64,000 nt of DNA, taken from the human T2T-CHM13v2.0 reference genome, Homo sapiens. Shown here piece by piece: positions 47,625-61,451 of this stretch. The DNA lies in NCBI RefSeq assembly GCF_009914755.1, contig NC_060941.1. One strand, written 5' to 3'. A program made the translations under genes and the position numbers. Every line of letters starts with the position of its first letter. Within the stretch, counting starts at the first letter, position 1. Under the pieces are notes generated by a model, which saw only the letters and a program-made list of their open reading frames with translations, was not told where the DNA came from and did no database searches.

Positions 47625-48650
47625 AAACAGCAACAAAATGAAAAGGCAGCCAGCAGATTTGGAGGAAATATTTGCAAACCATATATCTTATAGGGGGTTA
47701 ATACCCATAATGCATAAGGAACTTGTACAACTCAGTAAAAAAAAAATAATAATCTGACTAAAAATGGGCAAAGGACCTGAATACACATTTTCCCAAAGAA
47801 GGCAGGTAAATGGCCAACAGTTATATGAAGAGGTGTTCAACATCAGTAATTATCAGGAAAATGCAAATTAAAGCTGCAATCAGATATCACCTCCCACCTG
47901 TTAGGATGGCTATTATCAAAACACAAGCGATCACAAGTATTGGTAATGGGGTGGAATAAAGGGAACCTCTGTACCCTGTTGGTGAGAATATAAATTGGTA
48001 GAGCCACTATGGAAAACAGTGTGGAGGTTTCTCAAAAAAAAAAAAAAAATAGAAGTACCATATGACCCAGAGATCTGTCTGCTGAGTATATACTCAACGG
48101 AAATAAAATCAAAATCTTGTAGAGGTATCTGTTCTCCCATGTTCATTGCTGCATATTCACAATAACTAAGATACAAAAACAACTTAAGTGATCATCAATA
48201 AATGAAAGGATAAGGAAATTGTGGGGTATGTGTGTGGGTGTGTTCATGATAGAATATTACTCAGCCTTAAAAAGGAGGTGAATTGTGTCATTTGTGACAA
48301 CATGGATGAACCTAGAGGACATTATGCCAAGTGAAATGAGCCAGACATAGAAAAATACTGCATGATCTCATTTATGTATGGAGTCTATATATCCTAAAAT
48401 ATATAGAACAGAGAGTAGAAAGGTAGTTATAAAAGAAGATGAGGAAGTGGATATAGCCAGGTCAAGTGGTACAAACTAGCAGTTATGTAGAATGAATATG
48501 TCTAGTGATCTAAGGTATAGCATGAAGACTATAGTTAATAATATTTTATTGTAAATTGAAAATTTGCCAAGAGGGTAGATTTTAGGTGCCCTTACCCCCT
48601 CAACACACACATACACACTCATAATAGTTAACTTTGTGAGTTGATGCATG
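47625..48650 (+). mobile_element. L1MA-like ORF2 end and 3' UTR
   Basis: AAATATTTGCAAACCATATATC...ATGGATGAACCTAGAGGACATTATGC. Confidence 0.85.
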
Positions 48651-50300
48651 CATTCATTTTTCAAGCCATTTTTAATAACAGCATTTCACAAGCTAGTTAT
48701 TGTGGATACAACAATAGAGACCCAATGTATGTTCACACTTAGCTCTCAGGATACACCCTTTACTTTATGTTGGAATAATAGCTTCTCAGTCTCTTAGACT
48801 TCTCTTGCATAATCATGCTTATTCCTAGGGCAGAAAAGAAAAGAAATTCCTCCCAAGATAATGATGGTTTATGAGAAGTAAAAAGACAAGTTAAGGCCAA
48901 GTTTAAAAGAATAATAACAGTAATTATTATTACTGCTAATATTTGATCTGTGTGTACTATGATTCAGGCTCTTTCCTGAGTGTTTCACATACATTGTTTG
49001 ATTTAAGTAAGCTGAAGTTCAAATACTGGGTTGAATAAAGCTTTGAAAATCAGATGAAATCAAAATCAAGGTCAATAAGCCAGATCTGAAATGCCAGGGG
49101 AGATGGAATCAAGAGAAAGAAAATGAAGCAATGGTAGGGGGATTACCTCAGAAACCATCTCATACATATGAGGTAAAAGGAGCATCCTACATGAATAGGT
49201 CAGGCTTGCTTAGAGGGTGAGATGCAGATATAAACACAGTGCATGCTGTGCCCATCACACAAATGTCCTTCCCCTTCTCTTTGCTATACACAAAACTTTC
49301 AGGTTTCCCTATCCTGTTTAAACAAACTTCTTTCTCTTTCCTTTACCAATTCTCATCAATGTGACTTCAGACCCCACCTCTCAACTGAAACTATGGTCTT
49401 TACTATCACTGAGAACACATTGTTTGAAAAACCCAGTGTCCTTTCCTAATCTTCACTATCCTCAATAATTTTAAAGCACTAGATGCTGTTGATTAGCCAT
49501 TGTTTCTTTAAACCACTTCCTCTCTGAAATTTTTTGTTTCGTTATCTTCGACTGTTTCTTTTTCCTATTACTTTACTGAATTTCCATCCATGCCCCGTGT
49601 TTTATGCTTTTATTTCTGTTCATTCACTCTCTCTGAAAGCTTACCCACTGCTGCTTTTTAAACTATTCCAACCAGGTAGGCAAATTCCAGTTCTCATTTT
49701 CAAAGTATAAATCTAATTATCTACATTCCAACACTGTCTATGTCTGCCAAGATGGTGCATCTATTTCAGTCAGGACAGGACAAGTTCTACTTCACAAAAA
49801 ATAAGCCTGAAAAATTAGTGATAATAAAAAAAGTATTTCTACTCATGCTACACCCAATGTACAGCAACTTGTTCTCTTCCAAACTGGCTCAGGGATCCAG
49901 ATGTGATGTAAACGTGGAAATGGCATATATTCTTTCCAACCACATTCTGTTGGCTGGAACCTAGCTGCATGATCCCAACTTAACTTTGAGGGAGTCTCAT
50001 AAATGTAGCCTTCATAGCCTTCACGTGAACACTAGAGGGAACAAATAAAATAGAATTTGATAAACACTATTTTCCCTACATATTCCCACTCAAGCTGCTT
50101 ATTAAGTCTCAAATCTACATCATAGTCTTCCTCTCCAAACTGTAATTAGCTAACTTTAACAATTTCCAATAGTCATTCATTGTTTTTTCTTGAATATCTC
50201 AAGCTTAAAAGAAATATTTTAAACAAGTATTTACACATTATTATATAAATTTGACAGTTACAACCTATTCTTTTAAAATATCACTTACGCATTTTCAGTA

Positions 50301-50640
50301 TAGCCATATGCCATGTAACATTTCAGTCAATGTCAGACCACATATACGACGGTGGTCCCATAAAGTATTTTAACTGTGCCTTTTCTATGTTTAGATATCT
50401 TTAGATACACAACTTCTTACCATAGTGTTACAATTGCCTATTGAGTTAAATACAAAAAAAAAATATGCTGTACAGTGTTTGTAGCTAAGGAGCAATGGGC
50501 TATGTCACATAGCTTAGGTGTTTGGTGCGGCTCTACCATCTAGGTTTGTGTAAGTACACTCTACTATGTTCACACAATGCCAAAATCACCTAATAATATA
50601 GTTCTCAGAATGCACCCCATTGATAAGTGATGCATGACTA
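50301..50640 (+). mobile_element. Tigger3a-like MITE
   Basis: CATATACGACGGTGGTCCCATAA; degenerate terminal inverted repeats AGCCATATG / TGCATGACT. Confidence 0.85.
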
Positions 50641-53600
50641 CATTAATACCTTAGACTAGACATTTATAAACTACGGCCTGCGTTACTTCAAACATCTCTC
50701 ATTATATTATCTTCCTTCTCAGTTTTTCTCTATCATTATTCTGAAATTATTTTTTTAAAACGATGTTTCCTTTATGGCTCTTCCCTGCTTAAGTGACTTC
50801 CTATTTTTCTCAGCATCAAGTGCAAACACTCAAAAATCTCATGGCCTTGCATATTCTGGTACCAAAACCACCCAGAAGGTTTGATACTCCATTGCTCTCT
50901 AACATGTTCCCCATTGCTTCCAGTGTTCCCTGGGACATTCCTCTCATAATCTCCTCACCATCCCCCGCTACCTTCCATACATATAGGTCAAACTATTTCA
51001 TGTCTTAGTGATCAGGGATCTTTTCCTAGCCTAAAATACACAAACTCTTTTATTCATTGATCCAAATTCTATTTATTCTTTAAGACCCAACTTCAATTCC
51101 ACTTCTTCTGTCAAGCTTTGTCTATTTCAAATAATGCTAATCCCTTTGTTCACTGTTCTTAGTTCAGCACTTTATTGCTTTTTTTTCCCCCCTATTTCAT
51201 GTTGGATTTTTCTCCTAAGCTAGCATGTAACAATTAAGGACTCAAAGCTTTCTCATGACTGCAGAACTTAACTCTGTGTGCTCCTTTGTGGCCTATATTT
51301 CTCTTAATACAGCACCTAAGAGAGTAATAGGCATATAGTCAATTCTAAAGAAAATGAAAATGCTGCAAGGTTAAGAAAAATGCAATTATAATACACCAAG
51401 AATAATTGTTTATTTTTGTAGCACATCTTTCCATAGATATTTTCATAAATTCTACCAGGTTGTTGTTTTCTTGGTCTATTGTGAGTAGCATATAAAATTT
51501 TTATAGAACTCCAAAAAAGCTTCAATATTGTGTAAGTACTCTTGACATAAACCTATATTGATACCTTTAAGTAATACAAAATACTACATACAACATTTAT
51601 TGAATATGAAGTATATGGAATACATATGTGTAGATATATGTGTGTATATGTATATATATAGAGAAACAGTATATATGTGTATGTGTATATATATGTACAC
51701 ATATAAATAGACAAAGAAAAAGAAAAAGATATCTGGGCAACTTCCATCTCGAAACCTACGTGCAGAATTTGAAGTTTGTGCATTAATGTTTTCCTGAAGA
51801 TTTAGGTCTCCTCTGGACATACTCAGCTGTTCTTTTGGGTGTTTGTGCTTTGATCATGTTTGATTATGGGCTTTCAGGATTTGGTGACTCGTATCATGAG
51901 TGCAGGATGCTTACATGTCTTTTCTTCAACTTGCAGCCCCCTATCAATGAGTTCTTGATTTCCTAAAAGGAGTGTCAAGGATCAAGCCTACTTTGCCGAG
52001 TTACCATATTTCTCTCTTCCTTTAAATCCTCTCTGGGGAATTACTTTCGGTGTCCATCAGTTTTTCCATGAGGTCCTCTTCCCTTTGGTGCCAGCTTCCT
52101 CTTTAGTACATTCCTATAAAAAATTCTGTAATTGTCATTTCACTCTCAAATAGATACGTGACTATAAAAACTTAAATCGCCCCTGCCTATATGTATGCTC
52201 ACCTAAAATTAGTTGACTCACAGCAAAATTATTCAAGATATTTACAAATGCCACCTTTCTTTGCTCTTTCAGTTTGTTCCACACCTGTTAGTTAATTCAG
52301 TGGGGTCTCTGGCTTCTCTTTTGTTGGCATTATCCTGCGTGTATCCCATGAAGCCCCAGAATGATGTGGGGACATGTAAGAGAGCCCCTTTTCTGTAAGA
52401 ATATTGCTATCCTGTGAGTGTTTCAGTGGAAAAGGCACTTGAGGAAAACCCTGTTTTTACAGTCTGATTTAAATATCCGCAAGTATCTAAAGAGGCAGGA
52501 AACGAAGAATCCAGTCCCAGCTCTGCCACTGACTGCCTGCGTGACCATGGGCAAGCCAATGAATCTCTCTACAACTCAGGTTTCTCATTTGCAAAGTGAC
52601 AGAGTTGGACCAGATGATTTCTGAGGCCCATTTGCAATCTTCTATGCGGTAATTTTTTTTTCATCATTGATATTCATTGTGATTTGCAAAGAGATGAGAA
52701 TTTTGAGCAAAGCTTTTGATTTAAAGTCTGTGCTCAGAAGTACTGCTTACCAGGTACAGTGAATATGAATGAGGGGATTTAGATGTTTCATAGGATGAAC
52801 TTCAATGGCCACCAAAACCTTCCTTCTCCTGAGCTCCACATCCAAGAATATTCTTTTTCACACCTACTGTTAATCCCTCCGGGTAAATAGGCATGACAAT
52901 AATAATGAAATACTTTTTTTCTGAGAAATGTTAAACACACTATTGACCAGTCTTGCAAATACAAGCCACATATTTACCAGCCCACCAAGAATGTTTCCAA
53001 CAATCTTTCTACCAGACCCTGCCTAGAAAGAACAATTAGCTTACTTGTGACTTGTCTTGAAAATAAAAAATATGGCAAGAATGACCTGAGTATCTACTAG
53101 AATATAGGAAAATCCTGTTCCTGACCCTGATAAAGTCCCACTCAAGTTCTATCATTATGAAGCCTCATTTCTGTTTCTAAGTGGGTTTCTCTATCTCTCA
53201 AGCTTCAGTGAACTTAAAAATCTCCTGAGAGATTTGTTAAAACACAAACTTTTGGCTGCCAATCTCAGCCATTCTGATTCAATATGCTAGGAGTGCCACA
53301 TGATTTTTGCATAAATGTTCAGGTGATGCTGCTGCTGATCTGATGAGTATATTTTGAGTAGTCTTACTCCAAAGTATTACTGCATTATTTGTCTTAATTT
53401 TGCACACAAACGATACCCAGCAAATATTCGTTAACTTAATTAGATATGCATTAAACATAAATAAAATGTTTTCTATAATCAATGATTAATTTTTGAAGCT
53501 GATTCTCAAGTTTCTAATTTCTAAAATGATGGAAATTATAAATAATAACCACCATCTCTTGTGGTTTTTATGAGAATGGAGTGAGATAATTTATGTGCAA

Positions 53601-53929
53601 GCACTTTGTAAATTTAGCAGTTTTATTAAAATGTGAGATGTGGTAGTAATTTTAGCACTAATGGCAATAGAACCCACTGAGATTTGAGAGTACTGTAAAT
53701 TTGACTGTTGAATTTGGAAGTGAATTCTAAATCCTGCACCAGGGCTTAGCAGGTTTCTGTAGGCTAGACTGGGAACCTAACTCCCATGTATAAATTGGGC
53801 AGTATGCTACAATTGTTTCTTTCTATGAGAAAATGCATCCCAAATTCTAAACTTAATTTTTAGAAGACACTTATTTATAAATTGGAGGGATATAATGATT
53901 AAAAACACCTTGGCTTTCACTGTCAAAGA

Positions 53930-54500
53930 AAGGATTTACAAATAAGAATGAGGAGAAAGCTAGAATAATCCCTTTGTTACTGGATTATAGTCAGAGATGT
54001 TCATATGAACTTGTGTTTGTAGATAAATATAGATAGATATAGATATATGTGTAAACATAGATTAGCATATATACATATATTTTGTAGATCTGTCTCCTGC
54101 AAGAGCCTAGAAGTAGTGACACTTAAATAGAAACATGCATATCTAGTATCCAGATGTTAGTTTCTAAACACCATTTTTCCATCAAAGAAGTTAGAGCTTC
54201 TTGAAGAAATGGCTGATACTAGTGCTAAGGCATGGAAAACACAGAATGAGCCTAGAGCATCTTGTACTGCTCAAAAGTTAAAAATGATATACTAAATATA
54301 TATACATAGATGTGAAATATAATTCACTAGGTTTTATATACATATATGTGTGTGTGTATATATATATATGTAAAATAGATATATAGATGCATATAAAAAA
54401 AACAAAACTATCCTGAACGACCTCCTAATGTCCAAAGCTGAAACAGTGTGTAACAGAATAATGACAATATTGAGTTTCAACCCAAATAAAAAAATAAGTG
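53930..54500 (+). mobile_element. L1M (MC/MD-like) 3' UTR segment
   Basis: AGAGCTTCTTGAAGAAATGGCTGAT...TGTCCAAAGCTGAAACA. Confidence 0.6.
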
Positions 54501-54811
54501 AAACTGAAAATAAATTAAAAAATAAAAAAAAACTAGTTATTAATCCCCTAAGCACCTCTCCAAGACTCCAGTGAAAGGCAACTTTTAATGTTATATAAAA
54601 GATAGAGGATTTGAAGTTAGAAACTTTTATTTAAAATTTGGTTCTGATACTTATTGTATGTCTTTAGCAAGTGGTTTAACCCAAGCCTTAATTTCCCAGT
54701 TTGCTATCCTCCTTTTCTGAGTCGTTAAAAGCAACACACAAGATAATATCCTTTGAAACTATAAAGTGATAGAAAATTTAGTTATTATTTACCATCTTTA
54801 TTAGCCTACTG

Positions 54812-55159
54812 CAGTGGTTTTCAAAGGCATGGTCTGGAGACCCCAAATTCTTTATCAAGGTATATGAAGCCAAATTATTTCCATAATAATTCTAACATGA
54901 TATTTGTTCTCTTCACTCTAATTGTCTCAGGAGTATACAGTAGAGTTTTCCAGAGGCTACATGGTGTGTGATGGCACCATCATTCTAATGTACGATGAAA
55001 CGCATATTGTTTTTCTTGAGTTTTAACAACTTCTCAGTTTTAATTTCTAATATGGTACATGGCAATAGACACAAACCACATAAACAAAAACTTCTGGGGA
55101 CTTCAAATAGTTTTAATAATATAAAGTGCTTTTGACACAAATAAGTTTAAGAGCCACTA
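54812..55159 (+). mobile_element. hAT-Charlie non-autonomous element
   Basis: Terminal repeats CAGTGGTTTTCAAA / TTTAAGAGCCACTA; internal GAGTTTTCCAGAGGCTACATG. Confidence 0.7.
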
Positions 55160-57691
55160 CTTTAATTGTTTATTATATACTCTACAATGATAATTAAAGC
55201 AAATTTAAAAATCTGTAATCAGGCATTTGAGGGCAGGCTTTTCCTTAGTTAGCTGAATTATTACTAAACTACTCTAAATTTGAGAAATTTCTTCACTCAG
55301 TGAAAAGGGGATAAAGCCATATGTGTCTGGGATATTGAGATGAAAATGTGATCAGAACCTCCAACCCTGTGTCAAGTGAAGGCTTACAGAAGCACAAATG
55401 AACAGTTCTAATACAATATAGTAAATCTTGAATACATTTGTATGCAGAGGAATCCCTGAGGTAGAGATTAGAAATATTTATCAGGGCAGGAAACATTTGA
55501 AATTGAGTCTCAAGGAAGAGAAGAATGGGGAAACCAGAAATTAGGTTTTTATTCCAGAATTTCACACATTCTAGGAATCAGAAATTATGATAGCAAAGGA
55601 ATGGCAGCCTGGAAGAGCAAGGCATGCTTAATAACAGCTGGAAATTTGTTATGATTTATTTTCCTACCAAATATAGGTCTCGATTGCTAGGTTTCCTATC
55701 ATTTTTAAAGGGTTCCTACTGATGTTAAAACAGCAGTTTCCTGGGTGATATGTGAGTAGAAGTCAAAACAGCAAGAGTCTTTTGGGATAGAAAGAAGGAT
55801 TTTTTTTTTAGGCAAGAGGAGAAAGGAAGAAATAATAAGGGGTCTTGGTTTTCATGGTAAGTACATATTATTATTATTTATTATACTAAAAGTTCTCATG
55901 GCCAGTTAAATTAGCCATGAGAACTTTTGCCTGCTTTCCTGATCTCAAATTATATGACACTGAAGCCTCAAAGCTCCTCTTCATTATTTCTCTCTTAAGA
56001 ACTTCTTGAAGACTGAAGGGTTCAGTCTATTGCACAGGCACAATCTGATGTGCATTTTACATATATCATCTTGCATTGAAAGAAAGAAGTAAACTATCTT
56101 TGGTGGGCAGCTGACTGCATAAATATTTGAAAAACAATGTTTTTCTCCTTTTCACACATTGTGTAAGTGCAGTTATCTTTCTAAAAACCCCCACATTTTT
56201 GTTCTCTGGGGTTTGATCATCATTCACTGTTATCAATGGTACTTTTGACTTAAATATGCCATTGCCCTCTGGAAACCAGCTTTTATTTTGTCATTCAGGT
56301 GTTCAGATTTATAATATAAATAATAATTTTAATCCTTCAAAAATTCAACTATTTTGTAAGGCATTTTGCTTATGAATTTCAACTGTTTTAAAAGTTGTAA
56401 GTTGATAAAGAGAAAGATGACACTCAGCACTTCAGCAACTTTAATTTTCATAAATATCTGTTTTATAGATTTGGACAAATCTTATAGCATTTAATGCAGG
56501 CCAATTTGCTAGCTTTTTAAAAATATTTTATGTTCTTAGTTCCAGATTAGACTGTAACTTATGACACTATACATTTCAAATAGTAAAAATAGTTTCCAAC
56601 TTATTTAGATAACTATAGACACAACCCCATACAGGGTAATGGGCAATATCAGGATCTAATTTCAGGAGTTTCAGTTTTCTTCCCTTTTCAGATTGATCAT
56701 CTGCCTAAAAGCATAGTTACGGAACACAGCTCCAGTGAGAAAACCAACGACCTATATGAGATCCTTGATCCTGAAAAATGCAACTCATTAATTTACAGAT
56801 TGCTGTTGACAATTCAAAAACAAATGCTTTAATAAAGCAAGTTGTTTTTGAATGTTAACATAATAACCATGATAGGCAGCTTTTTATAATCAGAGGCTAA
56901 TCATTATTAATTTCTTTGACATTCAGTGCAGTGACATTAATTATAATAAGCTCTTTCAGTAAACATTAAATGCATACCAGAGCTCTATGGCAAATGTGTT
57001 GCCATTTGGAATTCATTGTTGTACAGTTACTGTGAAGTGTCGCTGTATTATCTAGTTTTCAGCAGTTATTAATCAAAATAAATACCTGACTTTTCTGTAG
57101 ATTTAAAAATTCCTGAAATCCCGTGTTTGAGATGTTTCATGAGTTAGATTTTAAAAGTTTGAAATTTTGTTTGACCTTAAGAAATTATCTATTTTCCATA
57201 GCTAGATTTTCTTCCCTTAAATCTCTACATATGGTTTTTGTTTTTGTTTTTATTTCCATATGTTATTGGGGAACAGGTGGTGTTTGGTTATATGAGTAAG
57301 TTCTTTAGCGGTTATTTGTGAGATTTTGGTGCACCCATCACCTGGGTAGTATACACTTTACCTTATTCATAGTATTTTCTCCCTCACCCCCTTGCCACCC
57401 TTTCCCCTTGAGTACGCAAAGTCCATTGTGTCATTATTATGTCTTTGCATCCTCATGCAAATGGACACCAAATGCGAGCAGGAGTAGCTATTCTTATATC
57501 AGACCAAACTTTAAAGCAACAGCAATTAAAAAAGACAGAGACATTATATAATGATAAAAGGCCTTGTCCAAAAGGAAAATATCACAATCCTAAACAAATA
57601 GCACCTAACACTGTAGCTTGCACCTAACACTGTAGCTTTCAAATTTATAAAACAATTAATAATACACCTAAGAAATGAGATAGACAGCAAC

Positions 57692-58301
57692 ATGATAATA
57701 GTGGGGGACTTCAGTACTCCACTGACAGCACTAGACAGGTCATTGAGACAGAAAGTCAACAAAGAAGCAATGGATTTAAACTATATCCTAGAACAAATGG
57801 ACTTAGATATATACAGAACATTTCATCCAACAGCTGCAGAATATACATTCTATTCAACAGCTCATGGAACTTTTTCCAAGATAGACCATATGAGAGGCCA
57901 CAAAATGAGCCTTAATAAATTTATGAAAATACAAATTATATCAAGCACTCTCTCAGACCACAGTGGAATAAAACTGGAAATCAACTCCAAAAGGAACCTT
58001 CAAAACCATGCAAATACATGGAAATTAAATTACCTGTTACTGATCATTGGTTCAAGAATAAAATCAAAATGGAAATTAAAAATTTATTTGAACTGAATGA
58101 CAATAGTGACACAACTTATCAAAACCTCTGTTACACAGCAAAGGCAGTGCTAAGAGGAAAGTTCATAGCCCTAAATACCTACATCAGAAAGTATGAAAGA
58201 GCACAAACAGACAATCTAAGATCACACCTCAAGGAACTAGAGAAACAAGAGCAAACCAAACCCAAACCCAGCAGAAGAAAGGAAATAACCAAGATCAGAG
58301 C
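57692..58301 (+). pseudogene. Decayed L1 ORF2 endonuclease-region reading frames
   Basis: IIVGDFSTPLT, YTFYS...[20 protein letters not shown]; frameshifted. Confidence 0.9.
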
Positions 58302-60568
58302 TGTATTATTCTGTTTTCATGCTGCTGATAAAGACATACCTGAGACTGGGCAATTGATAACAGAAAGAGATTCAATGGACTCACAGTTCCATGTGGCTGG
58401 GGAGGGCTCACAATCCAGGCGGAAGGTGAAAGTCACATATCACATGGTGGCAGACAAGAGAAGAGAGATTGTGCAGAGAGACTCCTGTTTTTAAAATCAT
58501 CAGATCTTGTGGACTTATTCATTACGATGATAACAGCGTTGGAAAGACCTGCCCCCATGATTCAGTTACCTCCCACTGGGTCCCTTTCATGACACGTGGG
58601 AATTAAAGTTGAGATTTGGGTGGGGACACAGCCAAACAGCATCATTCTGCCCCTGACCCTTCCCAAATCTCATGTCCTCACATTTCAAAACCAATCATGC
58701 CTTCCCAACAGTCCCCAAAAGTCTTAACTCATTTAATCATTAACTCAAAAGTCCACAGTCCGAAGTCTCATCAGAGATAAGGCAAGTCTCTTCCACCTTA
58801 TCAGCCTGTAAAATCAAAAGCTAGTTAGTTGCTTCCTAGATACAATGGGAATACAGGCATTGGGTAAATACAGCCATTCCAAATGGGAAAAATTGGCCAA
58901 AACAATTGGCCATGCAAGTCTGAAATCCAGCGGGGCAGTCAAATCTTAAAGCTCTAAAATGATCTCCTTTGACTCCAGTTCTCACACCCAGGTCACACTG
59001 ATGCAAGAGGTGGGCTTTCACAGCCTTGGGCAGCTCCACCCCTGTGGCTTTGCAGGGTATAGCCCCCATCCTGGCTGCTTTTATGGGCTGGCAATGAGTG
59101 TCTGCAGCTTTTCCAGGCACACAGTGCAAGCTGTCAGTGGATCTACCATTCTGGGCTCTGGAGGATGATGGCCCTCTTCTCATAGCTCCACTAGGCAGTG
59201 CCCCAGTAAGGGCCCTGTGTGGGGGCTCCAACCACACATTTCCCTTCTGCACTGCCTTATCAGAGGTTCTCCATGAGGGCCCCACCCCTGCAGCAAATAT
59301 CTGCCTGGGCATCCACGTGTTTCCATCCTCTGAAATCTAGGTGGAAGTACTTAAACTCCAATTCTTGACTTCTGTGCACTTGCAGGCTCAACACCACATG
59401 GAAGCTGCCAAGGCTTGGGGCTTGCACCCTCTGAAGCAACAGCCCAAGCTGTATGTTGGCCCCTTTCAGACCCGGCTAGAGTGGCTGGGACACAGGGCAC
59501 CAAATCTCTAGGCTGCACAAAGCTCAGGGACCCTGGGCCCAGCCCACCAAACCATTTTTTCTTGCTAAACCTCCAGGCCTGTGATGGGAGGGGCTGCTGC
59601 AAAGGTCTCTGACATGCTCTGGAGACATTTTCCCGATTGTCTTGGTGGTTACCATTTGGCTCCTCCTTACTTATGTAAATTTCCTCAGCTAGCTGAATTT
59701 CTCCTCAGAAAAGGGGACTTTCTTTTCTATCGCATTTTCAGGCTGCAAATTTCCCAAACTTTTATGCTCTTTTTCCTTTTTAAAACAGAATGCCTTTAAC
59801 AGCACCCATGTCACCTCTTGTATTCTTTGCTGCTTATAAATTTATTTCACCAGATACCCTAAGTCATCTCTCTCAAGTTCAAAGTTCCAAAAATCTCTAC
59901 AGCAGGGGCAAAATGCTGCCATTTGCTAAAATGCCGTCTCTTTGCTAAAACACAACAAGAGTCACCTTTGTTCCAGTTCCCAACAAGTTCTTCATCTCCA
60001 TCCGAGACCACGTCAACCTGGATTTCATTGTTCATATCATTATCAGAATTTTGGCCAAAGCCATTCAGCAAGTCTCTAGCAGGTTCCAAACATTCCCACA
60101 TTTTCCTGACTTCTTCTGAGCCCTACAAACTGTTCCAACCTCTGCCTGTTACCCAGTTCCAAAGTCACTTCCACATTTTCTGGTATCTTTTCAGCAGTGC
60201 CCCATTCTACTGCTACCAATTTACTGTATTAGTCCATTTTCATGCTGCTGATAAAGACATCTCCAAGACTGGGCAAGGTGCAAAAGAAAGAGATTTCATA
60301 GAGTCACTGTTTCATGTGGCTGGGGAGGCCTCACAATCATAGTAGAAAGTGAAAGGCACGTCTCACATGGCAGCGGAGAAAATAAGAGAGCTTTTGCAGG
60401 GAGATTCCCATTTTTAAAACCATCAGATCTTGTGAGACTTATTCACTAACATGAGAACAGCACAGGAAAGACCTGCCCCCATGATTCAAGTACCTCCCAC
60501 TGGGTCCCTCCCACAACACATGGAAATTCAAAATGAGATTTGTGTGGAGACACAGTCAAACCATATGA
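58302..60568 (-). mobile_element. Full-length THE1 (A/B-like) MaLR provirus; LTRs 58302-58644 and 60225-60568
   Basis: Two homologous LTRs, ~1.6-kb internal region, perfect TSD AGAGC. Confidence 0.95.
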
Positions 60569-60789
60569 AGAGCAATACTAAAATTGGAGCAAAAAAAAAA
60601 AAAAAAAAAGATAAATGAAACAAAAAGCTGGTTCTTTGAAAAGATAAATAAAATTGATAGACCATTAACAAGATTAACCAAGAAAAGAGAGAAAATCCAA
60701 ATAAGTTTAATAAAAACAAAACAGGAGATATTACAACTGACATCACAGAAATACAAAAGATCATTCAAGGCTAGTATGAACACCTTTAC

Positions 60790-61451
60790 GTGCATAAACT
60801 AGAAAACCTAGAAGAGATGGATAAATTCCTAGAAAGATACAACCCTCCCAGCTTAAATCAGGAAAAGTTAGATATCCTGAACAGACCAATAACAAGCAGC
60901 AAGATTGAACTGGTAATTTTAAAATTACTAACAAAAAAAAAGTCAAGTACCAGACAGATTCATGGCAGAATTCTACCAGACATTCAAAGAAGAATTGGTA
61001 CCATTCCTAATGACACTATTCCACAAGATAGACAAAGAGGCAACCCTCCCTGTAAATCATTGTATGAGGCCAGTATTACCCTAATACCAAAACCAGGAAA
61101 GGACATAACCAAAAAAAACTACAGACCAATATGCCTGATGAACACAGATGCTAAAATCTTTAACAAAATACTAGCTAACCAAATCCAGCAACATATCAAA
61201 AAGATAATCCACCATGATCAAGTGGGTTTCATACCAGGGACGCAGGAATGGTTTAACATAGGAAAGTCAATAAATGTGATACACCACATAAACAGGATTA
61301 AATACATAAATCACATGATCATCTCAATAGATGCAGAAAAAGCATTCAGTGAAATCCAGCATTCCTTTTTGATTAAAACTCAGCAAAATCAGTATAAGGG
61401 GACATACCTCAATATAATAAAAGCCATCTATGACAAATTCACAGCCAACAT
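60790..61451 (+). pseudogene. Decayed L1 ORF2 segment (Z region and start of reverse transcriptase)
   Basis: [49 protein letters not shown]; the 254-aa ORF reads out into flanking DNA. Confidence 0.92.

Larger units (their letters stand above)
57235..61451 (-). mobile_element. 5'-inverted L1PB-like element (3' UTR 57235-57455 antisense; ORF2 segment 57454-61451 inverted), interrupted by THE1
   Basis: TSD AAATCTCTACAT at 57219 and 61453; CAT microhomology at the inversion junction. Confidence 0.9.

Noticed and set aside
57601-57638. 19-bp tandem duplication in L1 (similar 23-bp period at 38821)
   Set aside because: Ordinary slippage in dead repeats.
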